A DNA stretch of 64,000 bases. Origin: a virus. The notes beneath the pieces were generated by a model. That model made no database searches, was not told the DNA's origin, and saw nothing but the letters and a program-made list of their open reading frames with translations. Location: positions 1-64,000 of the IMG/VR virus record IMGVR_UViG_3300037246_001677; one strand, written 5' to 3'. The translations under genes and the position numbers were made by a program. The stretch's first letter is position 1; each line of letters opens with the position of its first letter. Positions 30,495 to 40,791 of this stretch are shown here, piece after piece.

Positions 30495-30568
30495 AGCCCA
30501 ATAGTGTAACGGCAGCACTAGAGACTTTGAATCTCTCAGTCCGGGTTCGAATCCCAGTTGGGCCGCCA
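30495..30568 (+). tRNA. tRNA-Gln(TTG)
   Basis: AGAGA-CTTTGAA-TCTCT, CCA. Confidence 0.9.
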
Positions 30569-30638
30569 TATTAACCGTAGCAGGTAAGGTTCCTTCGCTT
30601 TAGTAAAAAACCTGGGAGTGGTTCTCCCAAACATTTAT

Positions 30639-30713
30639 GGTGTTGTTAAGATAGCGGTAGTCGTCGAGGTTGTGGCCCTCGGAGGACGGGTTCGAATCCC
30701 GTACATCACCCCA
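30639..30713 (+). tRNA. tRNA-His(GTG)
   Basis: CGAGG-TTGTGGC-CCTCG, G-1/C73, CCA. Confidence 0.87.
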
Positions 30714-30978
30714 ACTTTAAAAAGGAAAATGTGGATGGAAATAAAAGTCGGTGTTAATATAATAAGACAAGTGTTTGCTCCAGATTATGATTGGTCCGTT
30801 CTTTATTTTAAAAATGTCAAAATATGGGAAGGTCATAATTGTGAGAGTGAAAACATTAGGAAAGTATCAGAAGCACTTGGTGCTGTTTTCGTTCAATATG
30901 AGTTTACAGATGAAAATGAAATTGATGGTTGTACACCAGATTCATTCGTACACATTCGGGGAATAAAAGAATTATAAT

Positions 30979-31053
30979 GGGTTCTTGGTGAAATGGTATC
31001 ACGGCGGGCTCTTAACCCGTTAATTAAAGGTTCGAATCCTTTAGGGCCCACCA
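30979..31053 (+). tRNA. tRNA-Lys(CTT)
   Basis: GCGGG-CTCTTAA-CCCGT, CCA. Confidence 0.92.
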
Positions 31054-31060
31054 AATTTAA

Positions 31061-31143
31061 AAATCAGTAGCGTAGTGAAGAGTTACTTCGAATTATTACT
31101 TGAAATAATACCAAACAGTCTCTTTGTGATTGTACTCTGATTT
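31061..31143 (+). ncRNA. Y-RNA-like ncRNA copy 1 (minimal; carries an anticodon stem-loop mimic)
   Basis: Shares GTAGTGAAGAGTTACTTCG...CTCTTTGTGATTGTAC scaffold with RNAs upstream of Ro60; internal TATTA-CTTGAAA-TAATA. Confidence 0.7.
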
Positions 31144-31362
31144 AAAATAAAACATGTGAAAGGAATTAAAATGGCTTATAGAAAGCAAGTGAAAAAAGAA
31201 AAAAGTTTGACTTTGGAGGATTTACAAGCAATACGTGACCAGGCAAGAGGTAGCATAGCTTTAAGAGATGCCGATGAGCAAATTAATCTTCACTTTCTTC
31301 CACCAAAACCAAGAAGAAAGAAAAAGCAAAAGAAGGAAAGACGATATAGAGAAAGATAATAT

Positions 31363-31440
31363 AGGAGTGTAGGCCAATTTGGTAGAGTCACTGCGTTTAG
31401 ACCGCAGACAGTGTGGGTTCGAATCCCATCGCTCCTACCA
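31363..31440 (+). tRNA. tRNA-Leu(TAG), short variable loop
   Basis: CTGCG-TTTAGAC-CGCAG, CCA. Confidence 0.9.
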
Positions 31441-31582
31441 TAATAAAAATAAAAATATAAGAAAGGAAATTCAATGACAGAATTGTTAACTTTTATACAG
31501 ATGTGGTGGCAAGAATTGTTGTTTTCAGTTTCAATATTAATGTTTATAGCTGGTGTTTCAATAAAATTGTCGGAGGGTAGTA

Positions 31583-31951
31583 ATGAAACAGTCAAAATAT
31601 CTAAAAATGAATGGCTTAAAGGACGGGTATCTATACAAACTTACAGCCAGAAATGGTAATTATGGTGTGTGGATAGAAGAAAAGAAAGGCTTCGTTCTCA
31701 GCAGATTTAAATTTGGTGATAATTTTCCATTTGTGGAATACCATTACGATAGTGATCCTCACTTTGGGACTGCCAAGCCTTTAGAAGAAGTAGAGAAATG
31801 CTCGGTTGACACTGAAAATTATACCTCAAAGGAAATGTTAGATTATCTAAATAGTGTAGATAATAATACAAGATGTCAGCTATGTGGGCAATCAAAAGGT
31901 GATTGGTTAACTCATCTTGCAGATTGTCCGAATAAAAACAAAATAGATTAG
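31583..31951 (+). CDS. Hypothetical protein
   Basis: 122-aa ORF with GGAGG upstream, between tRNAs. Confidence 0.6.
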   Translation: MKQSKYLKMNGLKDGYLYKLTARNGNYGVWIEEKKGFVLSRFKFGDNFPFVEYHYDSDPHFGTAKPLEEVEKCSVDTENYTSKEMLDYLNSVDNNTRCQLCGQSKGDWLTHLADCPNKNKID

Positions 31952-32028
31952 CCGAAGTAGCCCAAATAGGTAGAGGCACATGGTCGAGGGCCATGACAGT
32001 GTGGGTTCGAATCCCACTTTCGGTACCA
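31951..32028 (+). tRNA. tRNA-Leu(GAG), short variable loop, C33
   Basis: CATGG-TCGAGGG-CCATG, CCA. Confidence 0.85.
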
Positions 32029-32034
32029 AAATTT

Positions 32035-32112
32035 AGGGGCGTAGGCCAACTAGGTAGAGTCATCAGGCTTAAACCCTGTACAGTGTGGGTTCGAATCCCA
32101 CCGCCCCTACCA
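32035..32112 (+). tRNA. tRNA-Leu(TAA), short variable loop
   Basis: CAGG-CTTAAAC-CCTG, CCA. Confidence 0.88.
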
Positions 32113-32348
32113 ATTTTAAAGAAAGGATCCAATATGAAATATGCCCATCCAGATATAAACATTTGTGTTCCATTAATTCCAATAGTACTGCTAATGGATA
32201 AATATCTTGGAATACCAGCACCTGAAATATTTACAGTATTTATATGGGTATCTACTGGACTGGTATGGTTAATATGGAAATTCTCTGTGAAAGATTGGAC
32301 AACAAAAACTAAAACTAACAAATATTGGTATAACTACTGGAAAAACAA

Positions 32349-32426
32349 GGGGGTGTAGGCCAACTTGGTAGAGTCACTGGATTCAAAATTCAGACAGTGT
32401 GGGTTCGAATCCCACCACCCCTACCA
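32349..32426 (+). tRNA. tRNA-Leu(CAA), short variable loop
   Basis: CTGGA-TTCAAAA-TTCAG, CCA. Confidence 0.9.
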
Positions 32427-32738
32427 TAGAAAGGAATAAAATATGCACACAGAATTACAAGTATTGGATGATATAGATAATGAAAAATGTTGGAAATGTA
32501 GAAAAGATGAAATGTGTCTTGATGAAGAAGGTGGATTACATCAAGGATTTACATGTAAGTCTTGTGGAGCAGAAGTAATCATCACATATAAAAGAGTGAT
32601 GGTATATCCAATTGTTCTATGTGATTCAGAAGCAGATGAAGAAATAGAAGTATATAAATAATAGTCTCACCTGCCATGTGTAGGAGGAGCATTCGGAACC
32701 GCAATCACGAGATTGCGGTTCCAGCCTAACAATATAAA

Positions 32739-32877
32739 TAATCGGTAGCGTAGTGAAGAGTTACTTCGGAATCATAATCCCGAGATTGGAGGTTCGAGTC
32801 CTTCTTTCCCCGCCTATGGGGAAATGGTCTAACTGGTTAAGACACGTAAACGTCTCTTTATGGTAGTACTCCGATTA
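32739..32877 (+). ncRNA. YrlA-like Y RNA (copy 2) with a circularly permuted tRNA-like domain
   Basis: Conserved scaffold enclosing GGA-ATCATAA-TCC, T-arm GGAGG-TTCGAGT-CCTTC, loop-closed acceptor TTTCCCC/GGGGAAA, D-arm GTCT/AGAC. Confidence 0.8.
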
Positions 32878-32888
32878 TTAGAATTTTC

Positions 32889-32963
32889 GCCTATGTGGTG
32901 TAATGGTAGCACGCCAGACTGTCGATCTGGAAGCGACGGTTCGATTTCCGTTCATGGGCGCCA
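32889..32963 (+). tRNA. tRNA-Asp(GTC)
   Basis: CCAGA-CTGTCGA-TCTGG, G73, CCA. Confidence 0.9.
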
Positions 32964-33012
32964 TTAGTTTACAAAGTCATTTTGATTTGATATAATAAAG
33001 AATAAAGGTTAA

Positions 33013-33073
33013 GCCGACCACATCGAAAATCGCATTACTTCGGTTGGAACCCTGCTATGCGAGCGAAATCGGC
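33013..33073 (+). ncRNA. Divergent mini Y-RNA-like element (copy 3)
   Basis: GCCGA/TCGGC and TCGCAT/ATGCGA stems around TTACTTCG + GG-TTGGAAC-CC; directly after promoter 32968-32996. Confidence 0.45.
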
Positions 33074-33085
33074 AAACAATTTCAT

Positions 33086-33159
33086 GGTCTGGTCGTCCAA
33101 CGGTAGGACGCGCGCCCGATAAGCGTGAAACATAGGTTCGATCCCTATTCAGACTACCA
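33086..33159 (+). tRNA. tRNA-Ile(GAT), C33
   Basis: CGCGC-CCGATAA-GCGTG, CCA. Confidence 0.88.
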
Positions 33160-33169
33160 CAATTAACAT

Positions 33170-33261
33170 GGTCCGATAGTACAACGGTAGTACAGCGGTT
33201 TTATAAGCCGTAAGCCCCGGATTAGGGCGGAATATAGGTTCGAATCCTATTCGGACTACCA
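33170..33261 (+). tRNA. tRNA-Ile(TAT) with long variable arm
   Basis: GCGGT-TTTATAA-GCCGT; GCCC/GGGC variable hairpin; CCA. Confidence 0.85.
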
Positions 33262-33276
33262 AAAAAGGATAAAGAA

Positions 33277-33561
33277 ATGGAACATACAGATAAATGTTTG
33301 AGCGGCAGTGAATGTAATTGCGCTGTTGAGAACGAGAACGAGAAAGAAAAAGTTGAAAAAGCTTTAAACAAAATCAGACCGATGCTACAGGCGGATGGTG
33401 GTGATGTAGAGCTTGTGGACGTTCAAGATGGAGTTGTAACTGTTCGCTTGCAAGGAGCATGTGGTAGTTGTCCAATGTCACAATTAACATTAAAAAACGG
33501 AATTGAGCGGATTTTGAAAGAAGAAGTGCCTGAGGTGGTATCCGTAGAATCTGTTCAGTAG
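33277..33561 (+). CDS. NifU/Nfu-family Fe-S carrier domain protein
   Basis: [15 protein letters not shown]...[20 protein letters not shown]. Confidence 0.93.
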   Translation: MEHTDKCLSGSECNCAVENENEKEKVEKALNKIRPMLQADGGDVELVDVQDGVVTVRLQGACGSCPMSQLTLKNGIERILKEEVPEVVSVESVQ

Positions 33562-33752
33562 GAGAAAAAAATTATGTTTTTCTGTATAAAATGCAAACAA
33601 CAATTCGGTTCACACATGTCAAGATATGGAGATTGTCCATACTGTGGCACAATCAACATGGTTGCTCAAAAAACAAAAGACTTAGGAATTAATGTTCTGT
33701 TTAAAAATTCAAACCCAATAAAAAAGTTATTGAAACTTATAAACAAAAATTA

Positions 33753-33846
33753 GGAGGGTGACCGGCTGGACGAGGAGCTTGTCTTGAAAACAAGTAGGTC
33801 CTGTTAGTAGCGGGGCTTAGGGGTTCGAGTCCCCTGCCCTCCTCCA
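33753..33846 (+). tRNA. tRNA-Ser(TGA)
   Basis: CTTGT-CTTGAAA-ACAAG, long variable arm, CCA. Confidence 0.9.
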
Positions 33847-34290
33847 TTTTTACCATGCGGGTGTGGATTATATCTGGTAAAACCGTATACCCCGGTGATG
33901 TAATGGGAAACACCCCCGCTAAATTTTTAGAAAGGAATTAATGTGATAAGTAATAAGGTAATGAAAACAGACGAGTTCAAAGATTCTATTTATTATCGTA
34001 TAGCATGTGGATGTGGTAGCAACGACCATGACTTAACAATAGAATTTGAATATGACAAAGACCTACCAGATATGGTTTCCTTAAACCTTTATAAAAAATT
34101 AGTATGGACTTCTCATTATGGTACTGGTAATTTTATAACAAGATTTTGGAAAAGAATAACAGGAGCCTTAAAAGTTTTATTTTTAGGTTATATTGAAGTA
34201 GAAGAGTCATTAATACTAAGAGACGAAGGACACATTGACTCATTTATAAAGGCTCTGGAAGAAGGAAAACAATATATTCAAAAACTAAAC

Positions 34291-34377
34291 GGAGAGTGAC
34301 CGGCTGGACGAGGAGCTAGTTTCGAAAACTAGTAGGAGGTAACACTTCTAAGGGTTCGAGTCCCTTACTCTCCTCCA
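34291..34377 (+). tRNA. tRNA-Ser(CGA)
   Basis: CTAGT-TTCGAAA-ACTAG, long variable arm, CCA. Confidence 0.9.
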
Positions 34378-34601
34378 CATGAAAGGAAAAATAATGTTAT
34401 TTGAACTCAATAAAGAAGATGTAGAAGAATATAAAAAATGGAAAAAACAACATGATAAAACCTGCCAAAGTCTATATGTTGGTGCTATAGGAGGAAGATT
34501 AAATTTCTCGTTTACACCCACTGGATTAGGTGATATAATTAGAATAAAATGTGCATGTGGTGAAGAGTTGGATTTAACACATTCTGAAAGGTGGTAAATT
34601 A

Positions 34602-35078
34602 ATGATTAGACAAATATGGGACTTTCCAAGGAATGTCAAATATGGCGTTAAAAATCTGATAACATGGTTTCCAATCATTTGGCGTGATAGATGGTGGGAT
34701 ACTCTTTTTGTTTATCCAATACTTCATAAAAAACTTACCATGATGGAAAAACATTTCAGAGAAGATGGGTGTCATGTTTACAATGAAAAAGATGCAGATA
34801 AAATTAAAATCTGTGTTCTTCTTCTTAAAAGAATTATGGATGATGGTTATTTCAAAAACGCATTCAAAAGACATAATGAAAAATGGGGTGATTCTAATGT
34901 TTCATTTGAAGAGTCATTCATAAAAATTACTTATGAAAAAGCAAACACAGAAGAAGATAAAAAAGAGGAAAGAAAAGATTTCAAACGTGCCATCAAACAT
35001 GAAGAGATGTTGAACCAACAAGATATTAACTACCTGTTCAAAATGATGTCAAAACATCTTAGAACATGGTGGGATTAA
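34602..35078 (+). CDS. Phage hypothetical protein
   Basis: WFPIIWRDRWWD ... WWD C-terminus. Confidence 0.65.
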   Translation: MIRQIWDFPRNVKYGVKNLITWFPIIWRDRWWDTLFVYPILHKKLTMMEKHFREDGCHVYNEKDADKIKICVLLLKRIMDDGYFKNAFKRHNEKWGDSNVSFEESFIKITYEKANTEEDKKEERKDFKRAIKHEEMLNQQDINYLFKMMSKHLRTWWD

Positions 35079-35084
35079 ATTTAA

Positions 35085-35159
35085 GCCTCCGTAGTTCAAT
35101 GGATAGAACACTCGGCTACGAACCGGGAAACGCGGGATCAATACCTGCCGGGGGTACCA
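35085..35159 (+). tRNA. tRNA-Arg(ACG), atypical T-loop
   Basis: CTCGG-CTACGAA-CCGGG; T-loop ATCAATA; CCA. Confidence 0.85.
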
Positions 35160-35321
35160 AATATAAATGGAGTGGTTATTTTTAATGGGAATCGCGATTC
35201 CCGATTGATTTAGAATTAACTTACTCAAAATGCAGAGATCGGATTTCAAAGGGGACTTTGCCCTCTGCTGTTTCTTGGCCGTCCCGGGCCGCCAAGTGAT
35301 AAATTAGTCCTTTACTTTTTT

Positions 35322-35396
35322 ATCTCTATAGCTCAATGGATAGAGCCTATGTTTCCTAAACATAAGACCGGGGTTCGATTCCCCGTAGGGATTCCA
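35322..35396 (+). tRNA. tRNA-Arg(CCT)
   Basis: TATGT-TTCCTAA-ACATA, CCA. Confidence 0.9.
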
Positions 35397-35404
35397 CAGT
35401 TTGT

Positions 35405-35563
35405 GAAGAAACTGATATGGATATAAGTGTAGGTAAATGTCGACTTGCTAAAACTTATATTTGAAGTAGTCGAAAAACGACCTTATCCGTCAGAGTTTTG
35501 AAAAGGAGTACGGACCCTGTTAGTAAACCGGTTAAAGAAAGCAGGTGCTATGTCAGTTTCTTC
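35405..35563 (+). ncRNA. Structured ncRNA of unknown family
   Basis: 16-bp closing stem GAAGAAACTGATATGG/CTATGTCAGTTTCTTC with several internal hairpins. Confidence 0.65.
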
Positions 35564-36035
35564 CAACCACAGAATAAAAAGAAAGGAAATAAAATGTTAA
35601 AAAGTGTAATGTTACAAAATTTAAATTTGTTACGCAAATCAAATTTGGCAAATAAGTTAAAGTGTCTACATAAAGGACATATATGGTGTATCGCTCAACC
35701 TGATCCAGATGGTGAAGTTGATTTACCAAATGGAGAAACAGTGTATGGTTGTTTAGATATATATGCCTGCTTCAGATGTGGTAAGGTAAAAAGTGTTTTC
35801 ACACCAGAAAAGGAAATTCCAGAAGAAGATTGGTCCGAATTTAATTAATAAGAAAGGAACAAAAAATGTTAAAGAAAATAATGACTCCAATTACTTTTTT
35901 AATGGAAAAAGGTTTAGATGGCAAAACAGGAAATTTTTGGGATTATGTTTGCCAATACATTATGGCTTGTGGTATAGGTGCCCATATTTTTATTGGTTTC
36001 CTTATTATAATGTCGTTATTTTAAAGGATTAGAAT

Positions 36036-36455
36036 ATGTTTGATATTTCAAAAATAAACTGTCCAAAGGTGGCTGTAGATGCAGTCATTCAATTAGAAGG
36101 CACAAAGAATATTGTTCTGATAAAAAGAAAATATCCACCATTAGGTCTTGCTCTTCCAGGTGGGTTCGTTGATTATGGTGAGTCATTAGAGGATGCCGTA
36201 ATTAGAGAAGTCAAAGAAGAAACGGGTTTGGAATTTTATAATATGAATCAGTTAAGCGCAAGATCAAACCCAAATAGAGACCCACGAGGTCATATAATTT
36301 CTATTCCTTGGTGGGGATTTGGAAAGGGTGATCCTGTCGCACAAGATGATGCAAAAGAGATATTTATAATATCAAGAACAAAAACCATGATACAGGAATA
36401 TGCTTTCGAAGATCATAGAAGAATGATCTTAGAATATATTTTTGCCTGTGATTAA
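36036..36455 (+). CDS. Nudix hydrolase (ADP-ribose pyrophosphatase-like)
   Basis: LPGGFVDYGESLEDAVIREVKEETGL Nudix box; RDPR; AQDDA; AF.DH. Confidence 0.9.
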   Translation: MFDISKINCPKVAVDAVIQLEGTKNIVLIKRKYPPLGLALPGGFVDYGESLEDAVIREVKEETGLEFYNMNQLSARSNPNRDPRGHIISIPWWGFGKGDPVAQDDAKEIFIISRTKTMIQEYAFEDHRRMILEYIFACD

Positions 36456-36458
36456 TAA

Positions 36459-36533
36459 GCCACCTTAGTTAACCTGGTATAACCAATGTTTCGTAATCAT
36501 TAATAGCAGGTTCAAGTCCTGCAGGTGGCCCCA
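36459..36533 (+). tRNA. tRNA-Thr(CGT)
   Basis: Loop TTCGTAA, CCA. Confidence 0.87.
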
Positions 36534-36540
36534 CACATAA

Positions 36541-36614
36541 GCCGTCATAGTTCAAAGGTAGAACGCGTCTTTGGTAAGGACGAAGTTTGAGTTCGATTCT
36601 CAATGGTGGCTCCA
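36541..36614 (+). tRNA. tRNA-Thr(GGT)
   Basis: CGTCT-TTGGTAA-GGACG, CCA. Confidence 0.9.
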
Positions 36615-36848
36615 CACAAAAGAAGTACTCTATTTACATTCCGTAAAATCTATGATATAATAAATAAAAAATCAAAAAAAGGAGAAGCTTTATGAAATGT
36701 GTAAAAAACATGGAGAGTGGAAAAATCAACCGTATGTCGGATATCCTCGCTCGATCTTTAATTGAGAGTAACCCAGGCAAATGGTCTTTTGCGCCTAAAA
36801 ATGAGTGGAAAGCACAAGCAAAAAATATTGCTGGTAGGAGGAAGTTCT

Positions 36849-37730
36849 ATGCACAAGGATGATGGTGGTCAAATTGTAGAAAAGGGTTTCGGGTCGATTT
36901 ATGACTACGGTGACCAAGGTAAACCAACATCAGATTATTACTCAGTCATTGAGCAATCCCATTCTCGAACAGGAGAATCAAAAGGAACTTCTGCAAAAAC
37001 AGGACTGTTAGTCATTGGTCTTGCTTCTTGCTTAATAATCGGAAGCGCTTGGATCGGAATTAAATCTCTGCCTGATGTAAGTGATTTTGCTCATAAACTT
37101 CCATTCATTGAATTGTTTAAAGATCATCCTGAAATAATTGGCGCATCTCAGGAACTAAAACAAACACCTGGTTTTGATAACAGACCATCAGTCAATACCA
37201 AACCAATTGCACCTATATATCAAATTGATGCAATTATGAATGATGGAAATACTGTAAGAGTTGATGTAAAAGTTGAATTTGAAATACCAGAAGGTAATGC
37301 AGTTTCCAATGCAAGATTAGAATATATTGTAAGTATGTCAGTAAAAGAATTAATCACTCAATATAGTGCTGAAGAACTGTATAAATCAAATCGTGCTCAA
37401 CTTAACAGAATGATTATGAGTAAAATAACTCGAAGAGCACAAGAAACATTAACTGTTACAAATATAACATTACACTCTCTTGATTTATATTTCAATGCAA
37501 GAACAAAAGAAATATTCGATGCCAAAATAAATCAAGAACAACAGATTCTGAGATTCAAAAGTCAATTACAAATTACAAAAGCAAGACAGAAAGTCATGGC
37601 AGAAGAAATGAAAGCTGATTTATTTAACAGTAGAAAACAATGGGAGTTAGAACGAGAAAAATCAATCTATGAGGCTAAAACTAAAAAAATGGTTAATGAA
37701 ATTTTAAAGAAGAGAATGAATGATAAATAA
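36849..37730 (+). CDS. Membrane-anchored SPFH/band-7-like protein
   Basis: GGAGG RBS, one TM helix, DG..V.VDV.V.F and Y.AEELY..R motifs, coiled-coil tail. Confidence 0.65.
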   Translation: MHKDDGGQIVEKGFGSIYDYGDQGKPTSDYYSVIEQSHSRTGESKGTSAKTGLLVIGLASCLIIGSAWIGIKSLPDVSDFAHKLPFIELFKDHPEIIGASQELKQTPGFDNRPSVNTKPIAPIYQIDAIMNDGNTVRVDVKVEFEIPEGNAVSNARLEYIVSMSVKELITQYSAEELYKSNRAQLNRMIMSKITRRAQETLTVTNITLHSLDLYFNARTKEIFDAKINQEQQILRFKSQLQITKARQKVMAEEMKADLFNSRKQWELEREKSIYEAKTKKMVNEILKKRMNDK

Positions 37731-37738
37731 CTTATAAT

Positions 37739-37823
37739 GGTGGGGGCATCAATGGTGATAATCTCGTTGGAAGCGAGTGGCGTGTAACAAGCGTAGCAGG
37801 TTCGATTCCTGTTCCCACCGCCA
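37739..37823 (+). tRNA. tRNA-Ser(GGA)
   Basis: CTCG-TTGGAAG-CGAG, variable arm, G73, CCA. Confidence 0.87.
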
Positions 37824-38222
37824 TAGAAAGGAGTTAATTAAAATGGATCCTTATGTATTATCAGCTTTAATTTCTGCAATAGCAGTTGTTGTTGGAATAT
37901 ACTGTGGATCATCCAAGTGGTTTGATAAGATTATGAGGAATATAGGTGAATTGTTATTAAAAAAATAATGTGAAAGGATAAAGTAAAATGAAATTTGTAG
38001 GCACCACCAAATACACTCTTATTGAAGTTAAAATAGAAGAAATGAGTTTGTTGACTAAACTATTAAGGTTAGATGATAAAACTATGAAGGGTGAGGGATT
38101 CTCTAATGCTGAAATTACATTATCACACACAATGCATAGAGATATTCTAAAGTATCAATAAGGAAGTTAAAATGGGTCAAGATTATTTAGACTTAGCAGA
38201 ATACATTATTAATGGAGTTAAC

Positions 38223-38399
38223 ATGGGAAAGAAGAAGAAAAAAGTGGTATTTGATAAAGAAAAATCTGATCTATACGGCAGTGCAAGGATTAAGATAGGT
38301 CGTAAGGGAGAGGTGTTTAAGGATAAGTCAAAATACTCACGTAAGAAAAAACATAGAAAGACTTTTGAGGAATTTATAAGGGAAAATGGAAATGATTAG
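38223..38399 (+). CDS. Small basic protein with an ArfA-like KxYxRKxKH motif
   Basis: FKDKSKYSRKKKHRK; GGAG RBS. Confidence 0.45.
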   Translation: MGKKKKKVVFDKEKSDLYGSARIKIGRKGEVFKDKSKYSRKKKHRKTFEEFIRENGND

Positions 38400-39091
38400 G
38401 AATTTTATTCTTGTGTTAAGTATTTTAATATGTGGTAGTGTAATAGGATTTATTGGGTATACTTCTTTATTCTATTATCTATTTGAGTATTTAAATGTGT
38501 CTATATAAGAATACTTGTTCTTACCTATACGTGGAGTGTATATCTTCCCGCCGCGTCGCCGTGCTTATTATAACAAATTTTTAACATAATGTAAACAAAA
38601 TTTATTAAATATTTTAAAATAAATTGTAGGAAGAAAAATGAAACACAAATGGAAATATGAAACAGTGGTAAGGATGGCTATGGGTGATAATCCACAAAGA
38701 CCACTTAAGATTTTAAGTATAAATTCTTATGGTTGGGATGAGCCATGGAGTGTTAGATTTATAGATGAATGTGGGGAACAGAAAGTAATAAAAATACCAG
38801 CAGAGTTGATAGAAAATTGTAAAAAAATTATTGTAAAGGAAAAAATGTGATGACGAACATAGAAAAATGGCCATGTTATATAATTTTTAATGATGATACG
38901 ATAGTTATTTTTAAAAGAGACATACCAAAGCATCTTTTCAAAATTGAAAAGAAAAAAGTTAAAGATTTCGGTATTATTGATAGAGGAAAATGGACATGCT
39001 GGAGCAATAAAGGAGAAAAACCAAATCCTTCAGTAGAATCAACATGTCTTATAAGAAAATTTTTATGTGTATAAAAGGAAAAATGTAAAAA

Positions 39092-39712
39092 ATGAAGTAT
39101 GAAACAGCGTGGAAAATACAGGGGATGATTGATGATGTGTATTACAAATTCCATAGTGGAATAACATTCACTAGGTCAAAGGAATTTGATAATAATGATA
39201 TTTACAATACTTTTCTAATATCAGACACCCACTTCAATCACTACCCTAAAACATGGGACTGGCCCGCTAGACCAGAGGGTTGGGAACAAACTATAATAGA
39301 TAACTGGAACAGAGTTATCTTTAAAGATAGTAAAGTAATACATCTCGGTGATTTTGGTTTTGGCACCAAGGAAATGATAAAGAAGTCAAGAGATAAACTA
39401 AACGGTGAAATATATCTACTTAAAGGAAACCATGATAGACATGGTGCTAAGTGGTATGAAGATGTTGGCATAAAATTAATTAAGAAAAATTTTGCAATAC
39501 AAACATCAGGAGAGATTTTCGTATTTTCACACCGACCAATAAAGGATGAAATGCCAGATAAAATGGTTAACATTCATGGTCATTGTCATGAAAAGCGTGG
39601 GTTTATAACTGATAAACATATTCATATATCAGTTGAACAAACAAATTTCAAACCGATACAGTTTCCTGAATTGGTAATGAAGTGGAGAAAATTCGATTAT
39701 AAAACAAAATAA
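39092..39712 (+). CDS. Calcineurin-like metallophosphoesterase
   Basis: SDTHF, HLGD, GNHD, SH.P, HGHCH. Confidence 0.9.
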   Translation: MKYETAWKIQGMIDDVYYKFHSGITFTRSKEFDNNDIYNTFLISDTHFNHYPKTWDWPARPEGWEQTIIDNWNRVIFKDSKVIHLGDFGFGTKEMIKKSRDKLNGEIYLLKGNHDRHGAKWYEDVGIKLIKKNFAIQTSGEIFVFSHRPIKDEMPDKMVNIHGHCHEKRGFITDKHIHISVEQTNFKPIQFPELVMKWRKFDYKTK

Positions 39713-40575
39713 TGGATTGGAAGAAGTTTACATTTACATCAGTTTTAGGTATAATAATAATATTAGCGTCATTTTTTATGATAACGGAGTCCGCCAGGTA
39801 CTACAATTTTTTTTATGATTCAGGAGCCTGGCAGCCATTGTTTTTGGCAAGTCTTTTAGAGGTATTCGTTTTGACTCTCGCTGCGATAAAAATAGGAACC
39901 AAAAGGACTTTTCACTTCATTCAAAAGATAATTATGATTAGTGTTTTTGCCATAATAATCACAGCAGCTGGTATTCAAGCAATTAACCCAACGTTGGAAA
40001 GCATTGAAATAGTTTCAAAACAAGAAGCACTTTCTGACATTTTAAAAGAAGAATATAAAACCCTACAGCAAGATCGCGTTGTTTTTGAAAAACAGAAACA
40101 GCGACGTAACACTGCGATCGCGGCGGCTGAAAGAAGAAAAATAGTAAAGGATTTGAAGGAGCTGTTTAACCAGGATATCAAGACAGACAAAGGTCGAGTA
40201 GCCCTATTAAATATTTTACTCTTATTTATGATTAGGTTTATAGTTCAGTTATCAAATGTTTTTTGTGCGTCAATGTTAGGTGTTTATTTTAGAGATAGAA
40301 AAACTGAAATAAAGGAGAAACGCACTATGAAATGGAACATTTTAAAGTTTTTTAAAAAGAAACAAAAAGTAGAAGAGCAAAAAGTAGAACAGCAAAAAGA
40401 ACAATTGACACCACGTCAATTTGTTTTATCTAAATTTCCAAATGCGGTTTGTATGAAATCTGATGCGTTTGGAGAAGGAAAATATATCATATCAAAAGGT
40501 TCTGAAAAAATATCTATTGGTAGATCAAAAACAAAGGCTTGGAGACAAGCCAGTCATAATTTGAAAGGAAAATAA
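39712..40575 (+). CDS. Multi-pass membrane protein with coiled coil
   Basis: 3 N-terminal TM helices, coiled coil, a 4th TM. Confidence 0.65.
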   Translation: MDWKKFTFTSVLGIIIILASFFMITESARYYNFFYDSGAWQPLFLASLLEVFVLTLAAIKIGTKRTFHFIQKIIMISVFAIIITAAGIQAINPTLESIEIVSKQEALSDILKEEYKTLQQDRVVFEKQKQRRNTAIAAAERRKIVKDLKELFNQDIKTDKGRVALLNILLLFMIRFIVQLSNVFCASMLGVYFRDRKTEIKEKRTMKWNILKFFKKKQKVEEQKVEQQKEQLTPRQFVLSKFPNAVCMKSDAFGEGKYIISKGSEKISIGRSKTKAWRQASHNLKGK

Positions 40576-40791
40576 AATGGTACACGGCGAAGTATGTCCA
40601 ATATGTAATTCAAAAAATACAGGTGATGGTGAAATGAGTTATACTTATGATGATCCAGCAAAGGTAGCAGCAACCTGGAGTTGTCAGGATTGTGGGGCTA
40701 TTTATAGTGTGATCTATAAAGCAGAAAAAATGGAAATTGAAAAATTTATAGAAGAGGAAGATGAATGGGAACCAGAATATGAGGTAACTTT

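Noticed and set aside
22590-35563. tmRNA or RNase P RNA among the ncRNAs
   Set aside because: No tmRNA ends with G3:U70 and tag frame, and no RNase P P4 consensus found by eye.
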